Part shown: positions 13,079-28,084 of the stretch, piece by piece
Layout of the letters: each line of letters opens with the position of its first letter
Numbering within the stretch: the stretch's first letter is position 1
Source: Bugula neritina
Taxonomy: Eukaryota; Animalia; Bryozoa
NCBI GenBank assembly: GCA_964035545.1
Contig: OZ037766.1
Location: 3,398,522-3,462,521, forward strand
Direction: 5' to 3'
Length of the DNA: 64,000 nucleotides
Notes under the pieces: generated by a model
What the model was told of the DNA's origin: nothing
What the model saw: only the letters and a program-made list of their open reading frames with translations
Databases searched by the model: none
Translations under genes and position numbers: made by a program

Positions 13079-16000
13079 GTAAGTACTCAATCTGTTAACA
13101 TTTAGTTATATATTATTATAATATTATTATTTGTGTTCCAGGTAATTGCTTCTTGCATACATGTTGAATACAATAGATCCGCCTTAACATATAAGCACTT
13201 TTTACATTAAGATTCAATTTATATGCTTCAAGTTGCAGTAACAAGCATCTGCATATAAAAAACACAAACTGTATATTCTTTTCAAATTTCATTGCATGGT
13301 TACATGCAGTAAATTTCAGTTTTAAACCTCCTGCACGCTGCATAACTCAGTTTCTTTCAAGTTTAATGTCAATACATCATATTTTATCTGTGTGTATATT
13401 TCAACCGTTGTTCATCTGCGCTATATGTAACTTTTTTTTCTGTGTTTGTCATCTAGTCCTTGTGAACTCATGAAATGTAGCAACAGTAACCCAAACTTGG
13501 TTATAAATAGTTAATCATTATAATGTTTTGTAGTTCCCCAACACGGACCTCCACACGACCTCCAAATGACCTTGACATAATCTGACCACTCACCTTACAG
13601 CTACTATATAATTGCTCACATAAATTCGTTTTTGTTTTTCATTGTTGAAGTTTGAGAAATAAAATATATAAATAAGCAAACCCTAAAATTTGTATTTTGA
13701 ATATCATATAAGGTGAATTACTTTCCTTTGCATAAACTGCAACCTAAATATTTAACAACTGTATACGACTATATAGAGTTATTAGCATTCAGTTGTTCAC
13801 AACTCAATACAACAGCAGAACCTGTGAAAATTATAAAAATTAACGAAAAATGTGATACATATTCTATATTTCTGTTGAAAAAATTTAATAGCCATCATAA
13901 CATTATGTAGTCAAACTTTAAATCTGATAAAAGCATTTTGCTTTAACATCAATAAGCCTGCTAGGAATATTTCTGAAAAAAGTGATGATTTTGCAAAATC
14001 TTTAATAAGTTGCATGGAAAACTCACAAACTCTTAATAGTAGAGAAGACAATCCTCAGTATACTATGAGAAGTGATTATAGTCATCTGGGAAATGAATTT
14101 ACATCAACTTGATTTGGCAATAGGTGTATTATAGCTAAATGATTTGTGAAAAAGAAATATAGCAAAATTAATTTTAAACATCTTTTTTAGAAAGATTTTC
14201 CTGTAACACCTTTAATTAGTGAGACTGCATAAAAAAGTGTGTATAGTGTTTTACCAGTAGTAATCTTGTGAACATGATGTGTACTAATATAGACATATGT
14301 GTGCATAGAATTATTACAAAACAGAGAAGTATTTTACTAAGTAGAAACCAGTTTCAGCAGCAGCAAAACCACAGCAAGCTGTCAGTAGTATACCAGAAAA
14401 ATCTTCGCAGTTCTTCATTGTTTTATATATGGATTTCTTTTTAATTGGTATATTTCCAGAATAAATAAAGCAACTGTTGTGCAAATAAGCTATAGATTTA
14501 TTACCTAATAGAGTGGCACATAATATAAAATTCAGTTGTGCTAAATTTTAATTTTTTTTTAATTTCCTACTTTATCTTGCATGTGCAGCACCTCAAAAAT
14601 CACACATATAAACATACTCATTCTTCATTCAATTTTAATAGAAAGCTTACAGTTGAAGCTTTGTTTTTCTCTTTAATTATAAATTGTATTTAATAATTTA
14701 TAATAAATTATGATTATTTTCTACATTATTAAAACAATGTGTGCAATGATTTCATGTATATATACATACTATATCATGGTCAAGTATGAATGAAATGTGC
14801 CAAATTGAGTTTCAAATAAACAGATTTCTGCTGTCAGACATAACCATAAGTATCAAATTTAAACTTTAGAATTAAAAAATAAACAAATTTTACCTTATAA
14901 ATAGACAAAAAATAAAAATTGTTTATTACCATATTACTAGATTTCCTTATTGAGCAGTGCCGGTTTTTATTTTAATAACTTAATATAACTTTTATTAGGA
15001 CATGAGATTTCATGTTTATGCCAACTTTTAGCTCGGGTTGTATTGCTGTTCTTGTAAATATATACAAGTTACTTACATACATATATAATTAATAATGTTT
15101 TGTGTGTTGCAGGAAATGTTGGCACACTTTAATATTTCGTATTTGGTGAGAACAATGAAATTGATGCACCAACTTAATTGTAGATTATGTAATAAGATGA
15201 GCTCTAACGTTTTATGGATACAAATATTTTTTCATGCATGTTATAAGTGTAAATTCAAATCACATGCCACGGGTTTAAGTTTTAATATTTTCACCTACAA
15301 TATAGCAAATCCAGCGAATGCTGACATTAAACTTTAATATCACTTTGTCAAGTTATAAATGCATGCAGTCAAATTATTGAGCTTTTAAAAAGAGTTGATG
15401 AATGAAATTATTAGAAGTTTGTAAACTGCCACATTTAGTCTGCTACCACAATTATATTTCATAAACTATATTAAATTTTAGGAAAAAAAGATATTATTTT
15501 GAACACCTTGCAACTTTTGAGTTTTGCATTCCAGGTTGCAATGACTGCAAAGCAAAAATTATCAAACGATTAAGCAACCAAAAAAGTTAAAATTTGACTT
15601 CTTTTATTTTATATCGAGTAATCTTCATAACAATTTTTTCATTATTATTGTTATAGGCCTATACAGCCATCTTAAAATTTCAATAGTTGTTCAGTGCTTT
15701 TCGGCATAGATTATATAATGTGCCACTTCCAAAGACTGAAATATAATTAAAAACACAATTTGATGTTTTAAATTTGATACAAATATGCTCAATGAAAGAT
15801 CAAATATGTACATTATATAGGTAGATATGAAGCAGGCAAATGTATATAAACTTGATTTATACCTCGATTTTAAATACAAAATAAAACAGCAGTTAAATCA
15901 TGTCTCGAATTAATGCAGCAAAGACTATGTTATGGTTTAGGGACTGGTAAATTAAGAAGTTCTTATAAATTGCCTTAGTTTTTGGGTGGCCATAAATTTT

Positions 16001-16811
16001 GTTGCAAATTTTATATTGTAAATTAAAAACTGTTTTAAGCTAAAACTGCTACTGGACAAAACAATGTGAACTTTTACCATAAGTGGTTCAAAAGTTTTTG
16101 AATTTAGTTCTATCTAATTTAGTTTTGCAGATTACTTTTAGACTTCGTTTGCTGAAATTATGTTTAAAAACTTTAAGTTAATTATATTTTTAATAACTAT
16201 TTGTATATACTTGACTTGCATATGTTTGAATAAAAACTATGCATAAAAATAGCTTACAATTAAAGATTTTAGTTTGCTTTTGCATGTATGTAAAACACTA
16301 TATTATTTTACTTAAATTTACTGCTAATATATATGCAAAAAGATATTTTTCGGAAATAGAGCTGTGGCGGTTTAGTTTTCATAATCTTCTCTTGTTTTAT
16401 TTTTTTCTGGTATCGACTTTGTAAGGTTGAAAAGCTGTTAGTCTTATAGGCAATTTGAATTTAAAGAGAGCTGCTTTTTCATTTTAGTTTTTGAAATTCT
16501 ATGTAATATGCTGAGTTAGAATAACATTGGCTCACTGTTTTATTTATATTCAATGCATGACTTGCTTTTTGCTAATGTGGAAGTAGATTTTAATATCTAA
16601 AGATGATAGATTTGAATTAATCAGTGTCTTATAATCGTGTTTAAAATTTACCAAAAATTGTTGAGATATAAATAAATTTAGAAAAGACAAAACAGCTTGA
16701 CTGCCACATCCTGAGTAACACGTGTATTAATAGAATTGGAAACATAAATTATCATATTAATTTTTCTTTTCCCACCAAGTGAAGTCATAAAGAGTCACTT
16801 CCTATACCACA

Positions 16812-16905
16812 GGTGGTCAGTTATGATGCTAAAATTGTGCATATAAAGAAGGGAGTTTGGTTAGTGAAAGCAAACTATTCTCTATACTCACTAAAAACAC
16901 AGTTG
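16812..16905 (+). promoter_or_regulatory. Promoter and non-coding exon 1, peptide gene copy 3
   Basis: Same motif, CATATAAAG near 16840, donor at 16906. Confidence 0.72.
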
Positions 16906-17257
16906 GTAAGTACAATAACAGAATATTAGCCAACAAACGTATTAGTATATAAGAAACTTGTTTCAAAAGTACATTGCTTTATATTACTTTTTGAATTGAG
17001 CTTAATTCATCTAAAATCAGTATTGGATAAAAAAGGATTCAATTAAAAATATATTGAAATTTGAATTATATACATCTTTTGTGTAAATATGCTGCTTTCA
17101 TGTTTTGTTTTTCTAGTTCCTTCAGCGACTTTATAATTAGCACAATTTTATCAAGTATAATAATTTATAAAAGATGCAGCTATATATATGCACACAATAC
17201 TGTATAAAGTACTTTAATAAACTACTTTGATGATTATTTTAGAATCAAACTATCAAC

Positions 17258-17413
17258 ATGAAGGTTCTTGCATTTTTCTTGGTTGCATTCCTCATCATTG
17301 CTGCTGCTACTGCCAGCTACAGACCTCACCGTAAGTCCTACTACCGCAAGCCAGTCTACAAACGACCTGTTTATGGAAAATACAACAAAGGAGTTTACTA
17401 CTATGGTAAGTAG
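17258..17413 (+). CDS. Secreted Tyr/Lys/Arg-rich peptide precursor, copy 3 (51 aa, C-terminal GK)
   Basis: MKVLAFFLVAFLIIAAATA-SYRPHRKSYYRKPVYKRPVYGKYNKGVYYYGK*. Confidence 0.9.
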   Translation: MKVLAFFLVAFLIIAAATASYRPHRKSYYRKPVYKRPVYGKYNKGVYYYGK

Positions 17414-20400
17414 GTAAGTACTCAATATGCTAACATTTAGTAATATTTATAATATTATTTGTGTTTCAGGTAACTGCTTCTTGCATACATGTTGAATACA
17501 ATAGATCCGCCATAATATACAAGTATTTCTTGAACATTCAATTTATATGCTTCAAGTTGCAGTAACAGGCATCTGCATATAAGAAACATAAACTGTACTC
17601 TTTTTAATTTTTATCGGTTACAGTAAATTTTTGTTTTAAACTTCCTGTACATTGCATAATTTAACACCTTTCAAGTTTAGTTTCAATCTATCATTTTTTA
17701 TCTGTGTGTATGTGACAACAGCCATATCTGTTATATATGTAACTTTATTTTCTGTGTTTGTCATCTAGTCTTTGTGAACTCATGAAATGTAGCAACAGTA
17801 ACCCAAACGTGGTTATAAAGAGCTAATTATTATAATGTTTTGTAGTTTACCAACACAAACCTCCACATGACCTCCAAATGACCTTGACGTGATCTGACCA
17901 CTCACCTTACAGCTACTATATAATTGCTCACATAAACTCGTTTTTGTTTTTCATTGTTGAAGTTTGAGAATTGGAATATATAAATAAGCAAACCCTAAAA
18001 TTTGTAATTTGAATATCATATAAGGTGAATTAATTTCCTTTGCATAAACTGCAATCTAAAGATTTAACAACTGTATGACTATATAAAGTTATTAGCATTC
18101 AGTTGTTCGCAACTCAATACAGCATGCAACAGAATCTGTGAAAATTCTAAAATTAAGGAAAAAAGTGATAAGTTCTACATTTCTTTTGAAAAAATTTAAT
18201 AACCATCATAACGTTATCTAGTCAAACTTTAAATCTGATAAAAGCATTTTGCTTTAACATCAATAACCCTGCTAGGCATATTTTTGAAAAAGTGATGATT
18301 TTGCAAAAGCTTTAATAAGTTGCATGGAAAACTTACAAACTCTTAATAGTAGAGAAGACAATCCTCAGTATACCATGAGAAGCGATTAGTCATTTGGGAA
18401 ATGAATTTACATCAACTTGATTTGACAATAGGTGTATTATAGCTAAATTATTTGTGAAAAATAAATATAGCAAAATTAATTTTAAACATCTTCTTTAGAA
18501 AGATTTTCCTGTAACACCTTTAATTAGTGAGACTGCATAAAAAAGTATGTAGTGTTTTACCAGTAGTAATCTTGTGAACATGATGTGTACTAATATAGAC
18601 ATATGTGTGCATAAAATTATTACAGAACAGAGAAGTATTTTACTAAGTAGAAACCAGTTTCAGCAGCAGCAAAACCACAGCAAGCTGTCAGTAGTATAAC
18701 AAATATATTTTTGCAGTTCTTCATTGTTTTATATATGGATTTCTTTTTAATTGGTATATTTTCAGAATAAATAAAGCAACTGTTGTGTAAAGCTATATAC
18801 CTATTACCTTATAGAGTGGCATATAATATAAAACTCAGTTGTGTTAAATTTTAATTTTTTTTTAAATTCTTACTTTATCTTACATTTGCAGCACCTCAAA
18901 AATCACACATATAAACATACTCATTCTCTATTTAATTTTAATAGACAGTTTACAGTTGAAGCTTTGTTCTTCTCTTTAATTATAAATTGCATTTAATAAT
19001 TTATAATCAATTATGATTATTTTCTACATTATTAAAAAAATGTGTGCAATGATTCACGTATATACATACTATATATCATGGTCAAGTATGAATGAAATGT
19101 GCCAAATTGAGTTTCAAATAAACATATTTCTGCTGTCAGACATAACCATAAGTATCAAATTTAAACTTTAGAATTAAAACATAAACAAATTTTACCTTAT
19201 AACTAGACAAAAAATAAAAATTGTTTATTACCATATTACTTATAGATTTCCTTATTGAGCAGTGCCGGTTTTTATTTTAATAGCTTAATATAACTTCTAT
19301 ATATTAGGACATGAAATTTTATGTTTATGCCAACTTTTAGCTCGGGTTGTATTGCTGTTCTTGTAAATATATACAAGTTATTTACATACATGTATAATTA
19401 TTAATGTTTTGTGTGTTGCAGAAAATGTTGGCACACTTTAATATTTTGTATTTGGTGAGAACAATAAAATTGATGCACCATTTTAATTGTAGATAATGTC
19501 ATAAGATGAGCTCTAACATTTTGTTGATACAAATATTTTCTCATGCATGTTATAAGTGTAAATTCAAATCACATGCCACAAGTTTAAGTTTTAATATTTT
19601 CACCTACAATATAGCAAATCCAGCGAATGCTGACATTAATCTTTAATATCACTTTGTTAAGTTATAAAGACATGCAGTCAAATTATTGAGCTGTTAAAAA
19701 GAGTTGATGAATGAAATTATTAGAAGTTTGTAAACTGCCACATTTAGTCTGCTACCACAATTATATTTCATCAACTATATTAAATTTTAGGAAGTGAAAG
19801 ATGTCATTTTGAACACCTTGCAACTTTTGAGTTTTGCATTCCAGCTTGCACTAATTGCAAAACAAAAGTTATCAAATGACTAAGCAACTGAAAAAGTTAA
19901 AATTTGACTTCTTTTATTTTATATCGAGTAATCTTCATAACAATTTTTCCATTATTAATGTTATATATAGGCCTATAGTCAGCTTAAAATTTCCATTGTT
20001 GTTCAGTGCTTTTCGGCATACAGTATATAATGTGCCAATTCCAAAGACTGAAATATAATTAAAAACACAATTTGATGTTTTAAATTTGATACAAATATGC
20101 TCAATGAAAGATCATATATGTACATTATATAGGTAGATATGAAGCAGGCAAATGTAATATAAACTTGATTTATACCTCGATTTTAAATATAAAATAAAAC
20201 AGCAGTTATATCATGTCTTGAATTAATGCAGCAAAGACTATGTTATGGCTTAGAAACTGGTTAATCACGAAGTTCTTATAAATTTCATTAGTTTTTGGGT
20301 GGCCATAAATTTTGCTGCAAATTCTATATTGTAAATTAAAAACTGCATTAAGCTAAAACCGCTACTGGACAAAACAATGTGAGCTTTTAGCATAAGTGGT

Positions 20401-21128
20401 TCAAAGCTTTTGAATTTAGTTCTATATAATATAGTTTTGCAGATTACTTTTAGACTTTGCTTGCTAAAATTACGTTTAAAAACTTTAAGTTAATTATATT
20501 TTTTATTAGCTATTTGCATATATACTTATAAACTTGCACATGTTTGAATAAAAACCATGCATAAAAATAGCTTTGAATTAAAGATTTTAGTTTGCTTTTG
20601 TATGTAAAACGCAATATTATTTTACTTAAATTTACTGCTAATATATGCAAAAAGATATTTTTCAGAAATAGAGTGGTGGTTTAGTTTTCATAATCTTCTC
20701 TTGTTTTACTTTTTCTAGTATCAACTTTGTATAAGGTTGAAAAGCTGTTAGTCTCATAGACGATTTAAGTTTAAAGAGAGCTGCTTTTTTATTTCAGTTT
20801 TTGAAATTATATGTGATATGCTGAGTTAGAATAACATTGGCTCACTGTTTTATTTATAGTCAATGCATGACTTGCTTTTTGCTAGTGTGGAAATAGATTT
20901 TAATATCTAAAGATGATAGATTTAAATTAATCAGTGTCTTATATTCGTGTTTAAAATTTACCAAAAATTGTTGAGATATAGATAAATTTAGAAAAGACAA
21001 AACAGCTTGACTGCCTCATCCTGAGTAACACGTGTATTAATAGAATTGGAAACATAAATTATCATATTTTCTTCTCCCACAAAGTGAAATCATTAGATGT
21101 CTGTCCAATGATCACTTCCTATACCACA

Positions 21129-21220
21129 GGTGGTCAGGTATGATGCTAAAATTGTGTATATAAAGAAGGTAGTTTGGTTGGTGAAAGCAAACTGTTCTAT
21201 ACTCTCTACAAACACAGTTG
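21129..21220 (+). promoter_or_regulatory. Promoter and non-coding exon 1, peptide gene copy 4
   Basis: Same motif, TATATAAAG at 21157, donor at 21221. Confidence 0.72.
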
Positions 21221-21573
21221 GTAAGTACACTAACAGAATATTAGCCAACAAGCGGATTAGTATATAGGAAGCTTGTTTTACAAGTACATTGCTTTATATT
21301 ATTCTTTGAATTGGGCTTAATTCATCTAAAATCAGTATATGATAAAAAAGGGTTCAATTAAAAATATATTGAAATTTGAATTATATAATACACCTTTTGT
21401 GTACATATGTTGCTTTTATGTTTCGCATTTATAGTTCCTTCAGTGACTTTATTAGCACAATTTTTTCATGAAAATAAAAATCTAAAAAAGATGCTGTCAT
21501 ATATAAACAATATTGTATTCAGTACTTTTATAATAAACTACTTTGATGGCTACTTTAGAATCAAACTATCAAC

Positions 21574-21720
21574 ATGAAGGTTCTTGCATTTTTCTTGGTT
21601 GCATTCCTCATAATTGCTGCTGCTACTGCCAGCTACAGACCTCACCGTAAGTCCTACTACCGCAAGCCAGTCTACAAACGACCTGTCTATGGAAAATACA
21701 ACAAAGGAATCTACTACTAA
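21574..21720 (+). CDS. Secreted Tyr/Lys/Arg-rich peptide precursor, copy 4 (48 aa)
   Basis: MKVLAFFLVAFLIIAAATA-SYRPHRKSYYRKPVYKRPVYGKYNKGIYY*. Confidence 0.93.
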   Translation: MKVLAFFLVAFLIIAAATASYRPHRKSYYRKPVYKRPVYGKYNKGIYY

Positions 21721-24700
21721 GTAAGTACTCAATCTGTTAACATTTAGTTATATATTATTATAATATTATTATTTGTGTTCCAGGTAATTGCTTCTTGCAT
21801 ACATGTTGAATACAATAGATCCGCCATAATATACAAGCACTTGTTTCATTAAGATTCAATTTATATGCATCAAGTTGCAGTAACAGGCATCTGCATATAA
21901 GAAACATAAACTGTACTCTTTTTAATTTTTATCGGTTACAGTAAATGTTTGTTTTAAACTTCCTGTACATTGCATAATTTAACACCTTTCAAGTTTAGCT
22001 TCAATCTATCATATTTTATCTGTGTGTATGTGACAACAGCCATTATTTGTTATAGATGTAACTTTTTTTCTGTGTTTGTCATCTAGTCTTTGTGAACTCA
22101 TGAAATGTAGCAACAGTAACCCAAACTTGGTTATAAATAGTTAATCATTATAATGTTTTGTAGTTCCCCAACACCGACCACCACACGACCTCCAAATGAC
22201 CTTGACATGATCTGACCACTCACCTTACAGCTACTATATAATTGCTCACATAAATTCGTTTTTGTTTTTCATTGTTGAAGTTTGAGAATTAAAATATATA
22301 AATAAGCAAACCCTAAAATTTGTATTTTGAATATCATATAAGGTGAATTACCTTCCTTTGCATAAACTGCAATCTAAAGATTTAACAACTGTACGACTAT
22401 ATAGAGTTATTACCTTTCAGTTGTTCACAACTCAATACAACAGCAGAACCTGTGAAAATTAAAAAATTTACGAAAAGAGTGATAAATTATACACTTCTTT
22501 GAAAAAATTTAGTAGCCATAATAAAGTTATATATTTCAACTTTAAATTAGATAAAAAAATTTTTTAACATTAAGCAAATATAACAAACTATAGCAAAACA
22601 TTGTTTAAACACATTAAGTTGATTAAAATAACATTATCAGCTACATTTATTATATAATTATTGAAAACTTCATCAATTTGCTAAAATTATATGAATAAAA
22701 GCAGCTTAATCTAATATTTTAAAGACCTGTCTGATTTATTTATATTTTTGAAAAAATGAAGCTTTAATAAGTCACATGGAAAACTCGCAAACTTTTAATA
22801 GTAGAGAAGACAATCCTCAGCATACTATGAAAAGTCATTAGTCATTTGGAAAATGAATTTACATCAACTTGATTTGACAATATATAGGTGTATAGCTAAA
22901 GAGATATAGCAAAATTGATTTTAAACACTTTCTCTGGAAAGACTCTCTTGCAGCACCCTTAATCACTGAGACTGCATAAAAAATGTAGTGTTTTATTAGC
23001 AGTAATCTGGTGAAAATAATGCGTATTAATATAAGCATATGTGTGCATATAACATGATTGCAGAACAGAAGAGCATTTTAGAACATTATGTAGAAACTAG
23101 TTTCAACAGCAGCAAAACCACAGCAAGCTTCCAGTAGTAACAAAAAATACTCAGCAGTTCTTCATTGTTTTATAAATGGATTTCTTTTTAATTGGTATAT
23201 TTTCAGAATAAAAAAGCAGCTGTTGTGTAAAGCTATATAGAGTGGCACATAATATAAAACTCAGTTATGCTAAATTTCAAATTTTCTTTTAAATTCCTAC
23301 TTTATATCTTGCATTTGCAGCACCTCAAAAATCACACATATAAACATACTCATTCTCCATTTAATTTTAATAGACAGCTTAAAGTTGAAGCTTTGTTTTT
23401 ATCTTTAATTATAAATTGCATTTAATATTTTATGATTAATTATGATTATTTTCTACATTATTGGAAAAAAATGTGTGCAATGATTCACGTATATACATAC
23501 TATATCATATGGTCAAGCATGAATGAAATGTGCCAAATTGAGTTTCAATTAAACAGATTTCTGCTGTCAGACATAACCATAAGTATCAAATTTAAACTTT
23601 AGAATTAAAAAATAAACAAAGTTTACCTTATAAATAGACAAAAAATAAAAATTGTTTATTACCATATTACTAGATTTCCTTATTGAGCAGTGCCGGTTTT
23701 TATTTTAATAACTTAATATAACTTTTATTAGGACATGAGATTTCATGTTTATGCCAACTTTTAGCTCGGGTTGTATTGCTGTTCTTGTAAATATATACAA
23801 GTTATTTACATACATGTATAATTATTAATGTTTTGTGTGTTGCAGAAAATGTTGGCACACTTTAATATTTTGTATTTGGTGAGAACAATAAAATTGATGC
23901 ACCAACTTAATTGTAGATAATGTCATAAGATGAGCTCTAACATTTTGTTGATACAAATATTTTCTCATGCATGTTATAAGTGTAAATTCAAATCACATGC
24001 CACAAGTTTAAGTTTTAATATTTTCACCTACAATATAGCAAATCCAGCGAATGCTGACATTAATCTTTAATATCACTTTGTTAAGTTATAAAGACATGCA
24101 GTCAAATTATTGAGCTGTTAAAAAGAGTTGATGAATGAAATTATAAAAAGTTTGTAAACTGCCACATTTAGTCTGCTACCACAATTATATTTCATCAGCT
24201 ATATTAAATTTTAGGAAGTGAAAGATGTCATTTTGAACACCTTGCAACTTTTGAGTTTTGCATTCCAGCTTGCACTAATTGCAAAACAAAAGTTATCAAA
24301 TGACTAAGCAACTGAAAAAGTTAAAATTTGACTTCTTTTATTTTATATCGAGTAATCTTCATAACGATTTTTCCATTATTAATGTTATATATAGGCCTAT
24401 AGTCAGCTTAAAATTTCAATAGTTGTTCAATGCTTTTCGGCATACAGTATATAATGTGCCACTTCCAAAGACTGAAATATAATTAAAAACACAATTTGAT
24501 GTTTTAAATTTGATACAAATATGTTCAATGAAAGATCATATATGTACATTATATAGGTAGATATGAAGCAGGCAAATGTAATATAAACTTGATTTATACC
24601 TCGATTTTAAATATAAAATAAAACAGCAGTTATATCATGTCTTGAATTAATGCAGCAAAGACTATGTTATGGCTTAGAAACTGGTTAATCACGAAGTTCT

Positions 24701-25552
24701 TATAAATTTCATTAGTTTTTGGGTGGCCATAAATTTTGCTGCAAATTCTATATTGTAAATTAAAAACTGCATTAAGCTAAAACCGCTACTGGACAAAACA
24801 ATGTGAGCTTTTAGCATAAGTGGTTCAAAGCTTTTGAATTTAGTTCTATATAATATAGTTTTGCAGATTACTTTTAGACTTTGCTTGCTAAAATTACGTT
24901 TAAAAACTTTAAGTTAATTATATTTTTTATTAGCTATTTGCATATATACTTATAAACTTGCACATGTTTGAATAAAAACCATGCATAAAAATAGCTTTGA
25001 ATTAAAGATTTTAGTTTGCTTTTGTATGTAAAACGCAATATTATTTTACTTAAATTTACTGCTAATATATGCAAAAAGATATTTTTCAGAAATAGAGTGG
25101 TGGTTTAGTTTTCATAATCTTCTCTTGTTTTACTTTTTCTAGTATCAACTTTGTATAAGGTTGAAAAGCTGTTAGTCTCATAGACGATTTAAGTTTAAAG
25201 AGAGCTGCTTTTTTATTTCAGTTTTTGAAATTATATGTGATATGCTGAGTTAGAATAACATTGGCTCACTGTTTTATTTATAGTCAATGCATGACTTGCT
25301 TTTTGCTAGTGTGGAAATAGATTTTAATATCTAAAGATGATAGATTTAAATTAATCAGTGTCTTATATTCGTGTTTAAAATTTACCAAAAATTGGTTAGA
25401 TATAAATAAATTTAGAAAAGACAAAACAGTTTGACTGTCACATTCTGAGTAACGCGTGTATTAATAGAATTGGAAACATAAATTATCATATTTTCTTCTC
25501 TCACAATGTAGAATCATAAAGAGTGTGTCCAATGGTCACTTCCTATACCACA

Positions 25553-25644
25553 GGTGGTCAGTTATGATGCTAAAATTGTGTATATAAAGAAGGGAGTTTG
25601 GTTGGTGAAAGCAAACTGTTCTATACTCTCTACAAACACAGTTG
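25553..25644 (+). promoter_or_regulatory. Promoter and non-coding exon 1, peptide gene copy 5
   Basis: Same motif, TATATAAAG at 25581, donor at 25645. Confidence 0.72.
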
Positions 25645-25991
25645 GTAAGTACACTAACAGAATATTAGCCTACAAACATATTAGCATATAAGAAGCTTGT
25701 TTTATAAGTACGTTGTTTTATATTATTTTTTGAATTGGGTTTAATTCATCTGAAATCAGTATTTGATAAAAAAAGATTCAATTAAGAATATATTTGAATT
25801 ATATAATACACCTTTTGTGTAAATATGCTGCTTTTATGTTTTGTTTTTCTAGTTCCTTCAGTGACTTTATAATTAGCACAATTTTATTAAGTATAATAAT
25901 TTATAAAAGATGCTGCTATATATGCACACAATACTGTATAAAGTATTTTAATAAACTTCTTTGATGGCTAATTTAGAATCAAACTATCAAC

Positions 25992-26138
25992 ATGAAGGTT
26001 CTTGCATTTTTCTTGGTTGCATTCCTCATCATTGCTGCTGCTACTGCCAGCTACAGACCTCACCGTAAGTCCTACTACCGCAAGCCAGTCTACAAACGAC
26101 CTGTCTATGGAAAATACAACAAAGGAATCTACTACTAA
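25992..26138 (+). CDS. Secreted Tyr/Lys/Arg-rich peptide precursor, copy 5 (48 aa)
   Basis: Protein identical to copy 4. Confidence 0.93.
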   Translation: MKVLAFFLVAFLIIAAATASYRPHRKSYYRKPVYKRPVYGKYNKGIYY

Positions 26139-28084
26139 GTAAGTACTCAATCTGTTAACATTTAATTACATTCATAATATTTTTTGTGTTCCAGGTGATG
26201 GCTTCTTGCATACATGTTTATAAATACAATAGATCTGCCTTAACATATAAGCACTTTTTACATTAAAATTCAATTTATATGCTTCAAGTTGCAGTAACAA
26301 GCATCTGCATATAAAAAACATAAACTGTATACTCTTTTCAAATTTCATTGCATGGTTACACGCAGTAAATTTCAGTTTTAAACCTCCTGTACGCTACATA
26401 ACTTAGTTTCTTTTAAGTTTAATGTCAATTCATCATATTTTATCTGTGTGTATATTTCAGTTGTTTATCTGCACTAGATGTAACTTTATTTTCTGTGTTT
26501 GTCATCTAGTCTTTTTGAACTCATGAAATGTAGCAACAGTAACCCAAGTGGTTATAAACAGTTAATTATTATAATGTTTTGTAGTTCATGCACCAACACT
26601 GACCTCCACGCGACCTCCAAATGACCTTGACCACTCACCTTACAGCTACTATATAATTGCTCACATAAATTCGCTTTTGTTTTTCATTGTTGAAGTTTGA
26701 TAATTAAAATATATAAATAAGCAAACCCTAAAATTTGTATTTTGAGTATCATATAAAGTGAATTACTCTCTTTTGCATAAACTGCAACCTAAAGATTTAA
26801 CAACTGTAAGACTATATAGATTTAATAGCATTCAATTGTTTGAAACTTAATACAGCATGCAACAGAATCTGTGAAAATTCTAAAACCAATGAGAAAAGTG
26901 ATAAGTTCCACATTTGTTTTGAAAAATTTAGTAGCCGTAATAAAGTTATGTAATTTAACTTTACATCTGGTAAAAATATTTTGTTTTAACATCAAGCAAA
27001 TACAACAAACTATAGCAAAACATCATTTTATAAATACATTAAGTTGATTAAAATAACATAATCAGCTACATTTATTATATAATTATTGAAAACTGCATCA
27101 ATTTGCTAAAATTATATGAATGAAAGCAGCTTTTAATATTAAAAAGAATTGTCCTATGTAGTTACATTTTTGAAAAAAAATGATGTTGTTGCAAAGCTTT
27201 AATAAGTCACATGGAAAACTCACAAACTCATAATAGTAGAGAAGACAATCCTCAGTATACCATGAGAAGTCATTAGTCATTTGGGAAATCAGTTTACATC
27301 AACTTATTTAGACAATAGGTGTATATATAGCTAAGTTATTTGTGAAAAAGAGATATAACAAAATTTATTTTTAAACACTTTCTCTGCAGGAATTTCCCTG
27401 TAAAACCTTTAATTAAAGATAATGCATGAGAAAATTATATAAGGTTTGACCAGTAGTAATCTTGTGCACATAAAAAGCATTAATATAGACATATGCGTGC
27501 ATAACATTATTACAGAACAAAGGAGTATTTTAGGAAGTAGAAACCAGTTTCAGCAGCAGCAAAAACCACAGCAAGCTTCTAGTAGTAACAGAAAAATTCT
27601 GCAGTCCAATCTTCATTGTTTCAAATATGAATTTCATTTTGATATATTTTCATAACAAATTAAGCAACTGTTGTGTAAAGCTACAGATTTACCACTAAAT
27701 AAAGTGGCATATAATAGAGATTTTTCTTAAATTCCCACATTATGCATTTGCAGCACCTCAAAAATTGCACATGAACATACTCATTCTTTATTTAATTTTA
27801 AAAAAATTTTATAAAATTTTAAAGTTTTGTTTTCATGTTCAACATAAATTTTAAAATACAAACAGCCAACAATAATTATGTTTTTGCAGCCATAATTAAA
27901 ATTATCAACATAAATTCAACAGAAAAGCCTCTATGTTGTGTCAAAAATAAATCAGATTTGCTCCAACAATGGCAGTATTCAAAATTTGAATGCTGTCAAT
28001 TTGGAAAACCAAATTATTGCACACTTTTTATTTTAATTTAGAATCGCCTGCACAAATAGCTTTGCGTAAATAAGCAACCTGCAT

